Of a DNA stretch of 64,000 nt, positions 14,016 through 25,150 are shown piece by piece. The notes under the pieces are model-generated. The model saw only the letters and a list, made by a program, of their open reading frames with translations. It searched no databases and had not been told where the DNA came from. This DNA is from Felis catus (taxonomy: Eukaryota), in assembly GCF_018350175.1 (NCBI RefSeq), contig NC_058368.1:102860001-102924000 (forward strand). The letters are read 5' to 3'. A program made the translations under genes and the position numbers. Within the stretch, counting starts at the first letter, position 1. Each line of letters begins with the position of its first letter.

Positions 14016-14399
14016 TACAGATTTATGTCTGAGTTATAAAAAGCAAAGCTTAGAGAATGGTCCTGAATGAGAGGGTTGGAACAAGGGGATTGAAACTGCT
14101 CTGCATATCTAAGTACCAGGGAAGTTCCTCTGGAGAGAAACAGAACAGGGAGAAAACTACATTTAGATAAGAGAAGATTGGGAAAAAGAGTCCCTTGGGG
14201 GTATTTTCAGCCTTTAGTCTTTTGTTCACCATGGAAACCTAGGATGTGCCTACACATAGTGTTCCTGTTCTCAGCATGTGACCCACCACACGATCTCTGT
14301 CCCATCTTACTGGACTTGAGAAAGGCACCTGACTTGAGGGACCAAGACAGAGATTTCCTGGCATAGACGATGGTCAGTGAATGCTGATGTCTGATTTTC

Positions 14400-14449
14400 T
14401 TTTTATTTTTTTTTTTTACTACAAAAATTTTTTTAAACGTTTATTCATT

Positions 14450-14513
<64 letters not shown>

Positions 14514-14689
14514 AGAGACAGAGTGCAAGTGGGGGAGGGGCAGAGAGCTAGGGGACACAGAATCCGAGGCAGGCTCCAGGCTCTGAGCGGTCAGCACAGA
14601 GCCCAATACGGGGCTTGAACTCACGAACTGTAAGATCATGACCTGAGCTGAAGTCGGACGCTTAAAAGACTGAGCCGTCTGGGTGCCCC
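14400..14689 (-). mobile_element. CanSINE with expanded (GA)n
   Basis: SINE body ending GGGTGCCCC; long GA tract 14453-14520. Confidence 0.94.
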
Positions 14690-16318
14690 ACTGGTTGCTG
14701 ATTTTCAGTTTGAAATTGTACCTTGTACTGTGATGTAATGAGCTTGTCCATTTCACATCTCACTACATAGTGGGACACACAATAGCAAATTCAAGCTGAG
14801 AACATTACAAATGATTTATTTACAAATTATAAAAGACAGAGTTGAGGGAAGAGCAAAATTAAGGGAGAAAGAAAACATGAAAGAAGAGGTGAGACCTTGA
14901 AACTAAACTTAGGTTCCATATTCGAGTGTTAGAGAATATGGAAAAAAGGCCAAGAGAAAATTACAAAAAACAATGGAAGAAAATTTATTATTGTACCAAA
15001 AAGACGAGACTCTTCATTTTAAATGGATTCAAGTGTGGCCATATGATCTAGACACTGGGTCATGGAATTTTGGTAAACCAACCTCGTGGCAAGACTCTAA
15101 AAGTTTAAAGAAGAAAAAAGTCCTGTGAAGTTTGAAAAGAAAAGAGGGGGAAAAACCCTAAGTAATAGGAAGGCATTAAATAAAAAAAAATGGTGGAATT
15201 AGCCTATGCATACAAGGGAAAGAAATGCCAGAATGTTAGCTGGGGAGCATGGAAAACAGTGAGTCCTAACTAGTACAAGGTGGACTCCAAGACTGACACC
15301 AGGAAGAATGAAGTGGGTTCACTCAATTGCTGCAAAAAGCTAGAAAGTCTTACTGAAAATAATGAGGAAGGGGTATGACAATACCGATGGACGGAAAACG
15401 TTGTCAAGGAAAGACGTGGTCAAATGTGATGCAAACTGAGATTCGGCATGATTTTGAGATACTGATGGAATCTAAAAAAAAAAGGATCCGTTTGACCTCA
15501 TCGCAGAAGCATGTTCCTTCAGCCCCCCTACAATTCATCACACTGGATCAGTAGAAGCGGAAACAGAATCTGACCATACAACAGGGCTTTTCTGGAGAAA
15601 AATACGTTTTCATTGTCATGTACTAACCATATTTTCCAACATCAATATCAACCTATTAACAGAGCATGGAGGAACTGCTTGCAATGTGGAACAGAGCCTA
15701 AAAGTCATCAGGTATTATGACCTTAAAGCAATGGGATAGCTGACAAAAGACAGTGGATGGGTATACAAGGGAGGCGCGGAGAGTTACAGAACCTGCACTT
15801 ATATGCTGAGATTAAGAGGTGCCCTTGCAGTTTGATGGGAAGGGATACAGAGTTTTAGGCGTATCATTTATATTCTCAGCTATAATGGATAGAATCCCCC
15901 CACCTACCACAGGACACAATGACCAAAAATTGGGGAAAAGAGGAGGAGGGGATTGCAGATAGGGGACGTGAAAGTGAGCTAATCGTCATCTGTCATGGTA
16001 GAACATTCAAAGAAAATGTTCAAAATTCACAAAGTAGGAAATGGAATGGTATTTATTACTTATGGCTGCATAAACATTTCCCCCGTAACTCAGACGTTTA
16101 AAACAGTAAACACTGATTACCTCTGCGTACCCTGAATTTGAGCAGGTTGGCTGGGGAGTCCTGGTCAGTTTCTCATGAGGTTGCCATCATTCTAAGGCTT
16201 GAGTGGGGCTAAAATTCACTCTCAAGATGGCAGGAGGCCTCCCTTCTCTCCACAGGGCTACTATAGTGTCCTCATGATAGAGAAGCTGCTTCCTCCGAGT
16301 GATCCAAGAAACCAATAA

Positions 16319-16852
16319 AAGTTGACCCCTGAACAATACGGGTTTGAACTCTGTGGGTCAACTTATACCCGGATTTGTTTATTTTACTGTTTATTTAATT
16401 TTGAGAGAGAGAGAGAGCACAAGGCAGGGAGGGGCAGAGAGAGAGTGGGGGACACAGATTCCGAAGTAGGCTCCAGGCTCTGAGCTGTCAGCACAGAGCC
16501 CGATGCGGGGCTCAAACCACCTATGGACCGTTAGATCATGACCTGAGCCAAAGTCAGACACTCAACCAACTGAGCCACCCAGGCTCCGTTGCAGATTTTA
16601 ACAATTTTGATAAATACAGTACAGTACTGTAAGTGTATTTTCTCTGCCTTATGATTTTCCTAATAGCCTTTTCTTTTCCCTAGAATACATGTAACATACC
16701 GAATATAAGGTAATCAACTATTTACGTAATTGGGAAGATTTCTGGTCAACAGCAGGCTATTAGCAGTAAGTTTTGGAGGAGTCAAAAATTATGTGTGGGT
16801 TTTCTTCTATGCAGGAAGCCTCTAATCTCCACCGTTGTTCAAGGGTCAGCCG
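16319..16852 (+). mobile_element. Tigger2a/MER28-like Tc-mariner non-autonomous element
   Basis: TIRs AGTTGACCCCTGAACAA ... TTGTTCAAGGGTCAGCCG followed by TA. Confidence 0.85.
16376..16587 (-). mobile_element. CanSINE inserted in Tigger2
   Basis: SINE body. Confidence 0.92.
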
Positions 16853-17231
16853 TATTACCTAGCCCCAGAAATCACATGTTGCCACTTTTGCAATATCCTA
16901 TTAGTCACATAGCTTATTCTTTCTAGAAGTGGATCTCACAAGAGCATGAATGTCAGCAAGTGAGGATCATTGGCAGCCATCTTGGGAGCTGGCTACCACA
17001 AGAGGTATGAGCCTATTATTTAGAGATGTGGAGTAAATATTAAAAGCACAAAACAGAGATATGGTTAAGTTTTTGGGGTACTATTTGATTTCTTTCTATA
17101 TGTACATATCAGCTTGATTAAAAATAGTTCTAGGAATTTTTGAAAATGTAGAAAAATATGAAGCAATAAATATTACCAATAATAGTTTTCTACAGACACT
17201 GCTCACATTTTGCTTTTCAGTCACTGTTTTC

Positions 17232-17461
17232 TTTTTTTTTTTTTTTTAATTTTTTTAATGTTTTTATTTATTTTTGAAGGAGAGAGAGAGACAGCATGAG
17301 TGGGGGAGGAACAGAGAGAGAGGGAGACACAGAATTCGAGGCAGGCTCCCGGCTCTAAGCTGTCAGCACAGAGCCCGATGTGGGGATCAAACTCATGAAC
17401 CATGAGATCATGACCTAAGCTGAAGTCGGACGCTTAACTGACTGAGCCACCCAGGCGCCCC
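17232..17461 (-). mobile_element. CanSINE
   Basis: SINE body ending CCAGGCGCCCC; short TSD TGTTTTC. Confidence 0.94.
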
Positions 17462-17879
17462 ATGTTTTCATATCAAAGCATATATATGTATAATAAGCAT
17501 AAGTAAAATAATAAATTTCATTCTCTAAAGATGATTTGAAAACTATTGCTCTTATATGAAGTACAATAATTATATGTATTCATTTTGAAATGTTTAGAAA
17601 ATCATCCACAGAGCCATCATTCATCTAGAACTGCTAACTTTCGAGAGAGTATCTTAGACTCCTTCTCGCTCTCTCAGTCCAGATATATATCTTGTGTAAA
17701 GTGGGAGCATTCTGGAAAACCTGACCGTAATGGCTATATTTTATTCCATTAGAAAGGTCTATCATAATTTATCCTCCTGTTATGGGACATTAACTGCTTC
17801 CAATTGTTATTATAAGAAGTATTATATTATTATATAGCAGTCGTAGTGTACATCTCTTATTTCTATTGGGTAAATTCTT

Positions 17880-18106
17880 TTTTTTATTTAAAAAAAATTT
17901 AATGTTTTTTTAATTTTTAAGAGACAGGGAGAGATAGAGCATGAGCTGAAGAGGGGCAGAGAGAGAAGGAGACACAGAATCTGAAGCAGGTTCCAGGCTC
18001 TGAGCTGTCAGCATAGAGCCCGACACGGGGTTCTAATCCATGAACCATGAAATCATGACCTGAGCTGAAGCTGGATGCTTAACTGACTGATCCACCCAGG
18101 CGCCCC
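17880..18106 (-). mobile_element. CanSINE
   Basis: 18-bp TSD TCTA(T/C)TGGGTAAATTCTT. Confidence 0.95.
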
Positions 18107-19214
18107 TCTACTGGGTAAATTCTTAAAAGTAGAAAGACTCTGATGAAGTTTATGAATATTTTGAAGGACGTAGAAAAAAAAAAGCAAACTTTCCTCCTGA
18201 AACCTGTGGACACGTACAGTACAGTGTATGAGAACACATGTCCCACCACACCGTTGCTGACTTTTGTGCTGTTATCAATACATATTGTTTGGAAAAATGA
18301 GTGATTCCCTAAGGACAACTTGAGCCAGAGAAAGGAGTTAGGTTCCAGTTTTCAGATGCAGAAGGGAAAAATCAAGCAGAACAACAAACAACAAAACTCT
18401 TAACCCGTTGGGCTGCCCCAGTGGAAATCACCAGAAGTACATATAGGGGGCATCTATTTGACGCCTTCTGCATCATTATTTAATAATCCCTCCTTTGCAC
18501 AGTGGACTCTTTCCATTTTCCCTACTCTCACGCTCATAAACTCTTAAATTACATTTACCTTTACTGGGATATAAAGGTCAGATGTAATTTACCTAATAGA
18601 ACCAGTTGATGGAAATCTATACAGTGGAAGAGATATTAGTCTTGAAAAACGAAGAACATTTTGTCCCTGCCTCTGTGCTGCTCTCAGCATGTTTTAAATA
18701 CGACCCAGCATTTGTTAATGGATACCACATGTCACCATCTTTAAATGACCTTATCCATCTTATCATCACAATTTCGAACTAAGAAAAAAAAAACCCCACC
18801 ACCAAACGATCCTGAATGATACTGCTTGTCATGTTAGCTTGTCAGCAGCCTTGACATGGTCAGTAATTCTTACAGATATTTTATCATTTACTGGATTACA
18901 ATGAAAATAGAAATCTCTGGAAAAATCTCTCGCTCAAATTTTGTCTTCTTGGCTCTCCATATAAAGATAGTGACAAGAAAGAAATTATTTGATTAATTTC
19001 ATTCTCCTAGATAAGCAAATCTGATCATTCCCACCTGGGATTGGATCAGGAGACCTGTGTTCACATTTCCGGCTCGACTGCTCATGAGCTTTGCCCCTTC
19101 AGAGGGACCCCCAGTGCCCCCTCTTGCTCTCCGTTGATCAGATGAGGCCAATAATGTCTTTCTTAGCTAATGCTTGGAGCTTAAGGATCGAATATATTTT
19201 TAAACCTTCATTTA

Positions 19215-19459
19215 TTTTTTTATTTTTTATTTTTTATTTATTTATTAAAAAAATTTTTTTTTAATGTTTATTTTTGAGACAAAGAGAGACAGAGCATGAA
19301 CAGGGGAGGGTCAGAGAGAGAGGGAGACACAGAATCTGAAACAGGCTCCGGGCTCCGAGCTGTCAGCACAGAGCCGGACGCGGGGCTCGAACCCACGGCC
19401 GCGAGATCATGACCTGGGCTGAAGTTGGACGCTCAACCGACTGAGCCACCCAGGCGCCC
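19215..19459 (-). mobile_element. CanSINE
   Basis: 15-bp TSD TTAAACCTTCATTTA. Confidence 0.95.
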
Positions 19460-19522
19460 TTAAACCTTCATTTAGTAAGTATTATGCTGGTAGTAGGAGT
19501 CAAGAGTGCAATGCAGATCTCA

Positions 19523-19593
19523 CAATTTTTTAAGAAATTATTTCTTGGGTTAGCTCAATTTTTTAAGAAATTATTTCTTGGGTTAGCTCAATT
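19523..19593. repeat. Perfect 33-bp tandem duplication
   Basis: CAATTTTTTAAGAAATTATTTCTTGGGTTAGCT x2 plus CAATT. Confidence 0.95.
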
Positions 19594-21079
19594 GTTTCGA
19601 ATTATTAGTAACAAGCCAATAGGACTGGAGCCAGTTTGCTGAATGCCACCAATTTTTGCGGCTTTTGATCTATATATACTCTTTTGTTATTTTAAGAATT
19701 TTAACAATGATTCAACTAATGGTATAAAAATCCTTAAAATGATAACATTTTATGAATGATATGCTTTATCTTTCTGGTCTCGTGTAAGGGTCTCACTGCT
19801 CCCCTCTAATATATTTTATCTACATTTGAACAACCCAGGGCTTTTTAGCCAGTTGACTAAAGAGACGGACAACTTTTTTTTTAATGTTTCAAACAGTTAA
19901 CGTTTATCAAATCGCAGCATTTCACTCAGAATTGGTAATTTTCGCAGTGAATTTACAAAGCAACACTAAACAATGAAACATCAAATTATATACGAATATA
20001 AGTACCCAACAGGATCTTCTAGAAGTCTGCCATTTCCTTTCTTTCACGGACAAATTCCAGCAACCCAATCAATCCTATCATTGTCCCAAAAGAATATAGC
20101 TGATTTCTCTGTGTGACAACATCAATGCTGCCTTTAGTACCTACACAAATGCTTTTTAAAAAGCCAGAATGCTCCAAAGGCATTAATTGCCAATATGGAA
20201 TTTCATAGAGATTCTCTAGAGCAGATCCCACAGAGTAATACCATACACCCACAGGTAACGAACCTACTTCCCTAAGAGGCAGTTTTGCTACCTTCTCTTT
20301 CTAGAGCTGCTATTTGTTGATCTTACTGGTCTGCTCAGGGGCCTTACCTTATTCTTACTTCTAACAACTTATTGCCTAAAAGGAGTCCCGCTCTTCAGTT
20401 TCATTTACCCTGTGAGTAGTAGGGATTTAGGTGGACAGAGTGATGTCGTGTTGGTCCCGTGTGCCGAGGTCCCGGCAAGGACCTGCCAGACCTTCCCATT
20501 CTACATCTCCACACTCCGTGGCCTTCTCTTGACCCAGCTTTGACTTCAAAACTGAGCTGAGACTTTCTTTTCGTTTCTGCTGGAGCAATCCTAACTTTGT
20601 GCGGGACTAAGGATGCTTCTTCCTCGGTAAGTAAACACACTGACATGTGAAAAAGAACATACGTTTGAAGAACTGTTACCATCAAATATGCTGAGATATG
20701 AGTAGTCTCACTGGCAGGAGGTTAAGCTGCTGATTCGTACAAGAAATAAGGATGGGGCCACATTGCAAGAACTTGTCTTCCACCCCTGGGCATTGGTTGT
20801 CCATTCAGCTTGTGGCCTGAATCTCACTGGGGCCAATATCGGGGCTCTCTGAGCCCGGCCTAAGAAAGGTTGGTCTTGCCTCCTCAAAGGCTAACTGGCT
20901 ACGGGACGTGAGTTGGAATGCGAGGAGCAGAGAGAATTGCTGGGAAAGCCTTTCAGAGTCTGGGGCCCAGGTAACGTGGAATCAGTAGTGATCTTGGAGA
21001 AAAACGAGGAGAAATGGGGGCCCGGAACAAGACACACATATAAATCGACAGGCCTCAGCAAATGATTAGAGGTACAAAA

Positions 21080-21250
21080 GGGGCCCAAAGAAGAAGAGGC
21101 TCAAAAGTGATTCCTACGTTTTGAACCTGGCTACTGGCGAGAGCAACACTGAAAACTGGTGAATCACATGGGATGGGATCGTGGGAGATCCAACGTTTTG
21201 GGTTCAGGCACAGTGAGTTTGATGTGTCAGTGGTTAGCAAATACCTGTGG
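21080..21250 (-). mobile_element. L2 fragment
   Basis: TTTTGAACCTGGCTACTGG...TTCAGGCACAGTGAGTTTGATGTGTC. Confidence 0.55.
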
Positions 21251-21734
21251 TCTATAAATAAAAAACACATTATTTATATTTAGATTTCAACTTTTTGGCT
21301 TACGATAGTCCATCACCACAGGCTAAAAATGTTCGGATGTTTATTTTCTTCTGCGCGCTTTCCTGGGCTTATCAGGTTTTTTTGCCAAATCGAGGCATCT
21401 GCAGCTTAAGGATACAAGTTGCTCATCCAAAGTAATGTCAGATTTCGGAATGTATGATTTCCAGAACTTCAGTACTAACATCACCCAGATGTTGTAAAGC
21501 TGTGGTGTTAAATTCACCCAGATGTCTCTGATTGCATCTAGCTCATCTCAAGTTCTTTGCTCATCTTGTGTGTTCTGTTCATTTAATCTGCTATAAATCA
21601 GCGTAGCTTTGAATTTTTTTTTTAAAGGAAGTTTGAGGAGATTCAATGATATGAATGTGGAGAGAGTATAGACATCGTAAAGATATTCTTAGGTCTCGAA
21701 ACAAAACAAATCCGTGAGTATGGGCCCATCAGTG

Positions 21735-21880
21735 GACTCTGGGACGGAGAGGACGCTCAGGGACAATCTGGTTCAATTCTTTCGTTTTACGGATGACAAA
21801 ACTTCGGTTGTGAGGATTTAGAAGATTTCATGAAGACAGAACAAGATAGCGGCAGAGCTGGCGTTAGATAGCTGTAGTAT
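21735..21880 (-). mobile_element. MIR fragment
   Basis: TCTGGTTCAA...TTTTACGGATGACAAAACT...GGCAGAGCTGG. Confidence 0.6.
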
Positions 21881-21992
21881 CTGGTTCAGGATTACGTAAG
21901 TGGATTGTGAAAGCTGTGCTTTTGTTTCTTTGTTTTGCATTTAAATGAAAGCAAACTGTATGGAGAGTAGAATCGCTCTTACATTTTTGAAA

Positions 21993-22149
21993 TTTTTTTT
22001 AAATGTTTGTTTTTGAGAGAGAGAGTGAGACACAGAACCTGAGCAGGCTCCAGGCTCTGAGATGATGCGGGGCTCAAACCCATGAACCGCGAGATCATGA
22101 CCTGAGCTGACGTCGGACGCTTAACCGACTGAGCCACCCAGGCATCCCC
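21993..22149 (-). mobile_element. CanSINE with internal deletions
   Basis: Shortened SINE body ending CCAGGCATCCCC. Confidence 0.9.
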
Positions 22150-22509
22150 TGAGATCAACCCTTCTACAGCCCATGTTTCTTCATGATGGACAATGTCTTT
22201 ATAAGCTAGCTGGCATCTGTAATGTGTTCTTCTGAAGCAGGAAAGGTGTATCTACAGTTAAACTTGTACCTAAAGCCAGGTTTGCATTTCCATCAACTAA
22301 CAAATACGTTCCGCCTTCTTCCATTAAAAAATATATTTTGTTCATACATACATATATGTATATATGTACACAAAAGCTTCATTTGGTCCCACATTCGCTA
22401 CCAGCTCCAGTCCTATTTTTTTGTTTTCCTTCCCAGCAAGTCTCTTACAGAAGATGTGTCTACACTCACTCCCTGCAACTTCTCATCACCCATTCTCTCT
22501 CTCTTGTTC

Positions 22510-22880
22510 TCATTAAGGCAAAATTTACATAACAAAGTGCACCACTGTAAGGCCGACAATTCAGTGGTGTTGAGTACATTCAGAATTTGTGCAGCCACCT
22601 CCTATGTCTGGTTCCAGAAACACTTCATCAGCCCCCAAGGAAACCCTGAACCCATTAACAAGTTGCTCCCCATTTCCCCCCATCCCCCAGCCATTGGTGT
22701 TCTTTCTGTTTCTCTGTACTTACCTATTTTGGGTATTTCATGTAAATGAAATCATAAAAAACGTGATTTTTTTTTTTATGTCTGATTTCTTCCACTTAGC
22801 ATAATGTTTTCCAGTCTCATCCACATTGTAGCATGGATCTGTACTTCATTCCTTTTTTGGAGTTCAATAAGATTCTATTG
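22510..22880 (-). mobile_element. L1MB 3' end
   Basis: CAATTCAGTGGTGTTGAGTACATTCA...CACTTAGCATAATGTTTTC...ACTTCATTCCTTTT. Confidence 0.85.
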
Positions 22881-23397
22881 TTCTATCACTGTCTTAAAAC
22901 CACTCCAAATGCTTTTGTCTCACCATTTTCAAACATGCTCTTATCAAGCTTACCAGTGACGACTAAGTCTCTAAATCCAATGATAAAGTTTGTCTTTATT
23001 TAACAAGATTTCTCAGCAACATGGAGCATAGCTGACACTCTTCTCCTTTAACTGAATTCTTTGCTTGGGTTCTAGGGGAACACACTTTCCCCCTTTTCTT
23101 CTTGGGTCTTTAGGCATTTCAATGAATCCTTTGTGGATTACTTTTTATCTTTTAAACCTTTACATGGAGTGCTTCGGGGTTCTCTGGCGAACCTTCCTTC
23201 TTGATTTACTTGGTGGTTATTCATTTAATAGCACTGCTGACGTTTAATTTTCAGAAAAGGCAAAATCATGACTTTCATGCAAATCTATAACACATACATC
23301 TCATATTTTATTCCCCTCATTAATTAACAAAGGAGTGAAGATACTAAAGCCAGTTCAAAGAACACCTGAGGAGCTACTGACCATTTAGGAAAGGAAT

Positions 23398-24045
23398 GTG
23401 TTGTAAAATAAAGAATGTGTATGTTTTTTGCCCTGGGTCCAGAGAGGAAGCTTTCAGTGCTTGGAATCTCCCAACAGGGGAGCCTTTTGTTAGTGATGGT
23501 GAGCCCCTGGAACCACACCTGAGTTTATGCTAGTGAAGAGACTCCAGTTAGGCTCCTAGGTAATTCTCAGATGGAGGCTGGCCATTCCTGAACATTGGGG
23601 CTTTGAGCTGGATGATAACAGCCCGACCTCCAGGGAAAGGGAGGCAGCTAGAAACTGACTTTATGGCCAATGCTCCAATTCATCATGTCTGCGTAATAAA
23701 AACTCTGAAAACCAAAACTTGGGGAAGCTTTTCTGGTTAGTGATATACATCCATACGACACATCCTGAGGATATGGAAGCACAGTGACACATCCTGAGGA
23801 TACGGAAGCTTCGCATTTGGGACAACCCATGTGTTTCTTCATCTGGCTAGTCCTGATTTATGTTCCTTATGATAAAACTGCGGTTGTAAATACGATACGA
23901 CCCTGAGTTTTGTGAAGTGCTCTGGCAAATTATTATACATACGGATGGAATGGGAACGTCCAAGTTTGTAGCCAGTTGGTCATAAGTTGGGAATCCCAGA
24001 GCTTGAGACTGTGATAACTCAAATAGTGTCAGAGTTACACTGCGG
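23398..24045 (+). mobile_element. MER21-like ERV LTR
   Basis: CTTGGAATCTCC...GAGCCCCT...ACCACACCTGAGTTTATGCTA diagnostic of MER21 family. Confidence 0.75.
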
Positions 24046-24116
24046 AACGTTAAGACAGAGCTTGAGACTGTGATAACTCAAATTGTGTCAGAGTTACACT
24101 GCGGAACGTTAAGACA
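23997..24116. repeat. 59-bp tandem duplication (1 mismatch)
   Basis: CAGAGCTTGAGACTGTGATAACTCAAAT(A/T)GTGTCAGAGTTACACTGCGGAACGTTAAGA x2. Confidence 0.95.
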
Positions 24117-24288
24117 AGCTTTCAGGATTATATACAAAACAGATTAATGTTTTATAGGGTTAAAAAAGCCCATAGTTTTCTGCTGGACAGAAATTATTTG
24201 TACTGCTACCAAACAAAATTGTATAAATTAGCATGAAATTTCTGGAGCTTAAAACAAAATCTTAACACTCTTTAGAATCAGGGCTACC

Positions 24289-24503
24289 GGGGCGCCTGGG
24301 TGGCTCAGTCGGTTAAGCGGCCGACTTCGGCTCGGGTCACGATCTCACGATCCGTGAGTTCGAGCCCTGCGTCGGGCTCTGTGCTGACAGCTTGGAGCCT
24401 GGAGCCTGTTTCAGATTCTGTGTCTCCCTCTCTCTGACCCTCCCCCATTCGTGCTCTGTCTCTCTCTGTCTCAAAAATAAATAAACGTTAAAAAAAAAAA
24501 CTA
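24289..24503 (+). mobile_element. CanSINE
   Basis: 18-bp TSD TTTAGAATCAGGGCTACC. Confidence 0.96.
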
Positions 24504-24952
24504 TTTAGAATCAGGGCTACCAACATTTTATTTCCAGCTTGCAAGCAACTCCTGATCTTTAGGCTAGGACTGCCTGTTGTCTAAGAAGCGTGGAAACACA
24601 AGACAAGCAGAACTGAAATGTCAACTTCTTGCTCCAAACATGCTTGATTTATACTTTTACCCAACTCTGAATGGCCTATTGGGTCCTTTGCATTGCTCAT
24701 CTGTGGCTTCTTTCCTTCTATCCCATTTCATAGCCAATATGGCAGCAAATCCTGCTGGGTTCTATCTTCTAACGTCTTCCCGAATTTGACCAGTTCCCAC
24801 CACTGTCTTTGCTAATATGTTGGTATAATGCACTATCACCTCCTGTTGATGATAGCACCACACTTCCAGTTGGTCTCCCTGATTTCTACTCCCATATCCT
24901 TGAGTTTACTTTCAATATAGCAGTTGTATAATCCTATTAAAACACAAACCAC

Positions 24953-25150
24953 GGGCACCAGTTGGCTGAGCGTCCGACTTCGGCTCAGGTCATGATCTCG
25001 CTATTTGTGAGTTCGAGCCCTGCGACGGGCTCTGCACTGACAGCTCAGAGTCTGGAGCTTGCTTCGGATTCTGTGTCTCCCACACTCTCTGCCCCTACCA
25101 CATTCTCTCTCTCTCTCTCTCTCTCAAAATAAATAAACCTTAAAAAAAAA
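24953..25150 (+). mobile_element. CanSINE with degenerate 5' end
   Basis: GCGTCCGACTTCGGCTCAGGTCATGATCTC, (CT)n, AATAAATAAA tail. Confidence 0.9.

Larger units (their letters stand above)
16050..16999 (-). mobile_element. MLT1 (MaLR, MLT1F-like) LTR split by Tigger2 and a SINE
   Basis: Minus strand starts TGTGGTAGCCAGCTCCCAAGATGGCTGCCAATGATCCTC; remainder at 16050-16315. Confidence 0.75.

Noticed and set aside
24289..24380. tRNA-like A/B boxes (and equivalents in other SINEs)
   Set aside because: SINE heads followed by (CT)n and poly-A; not tRNA genes
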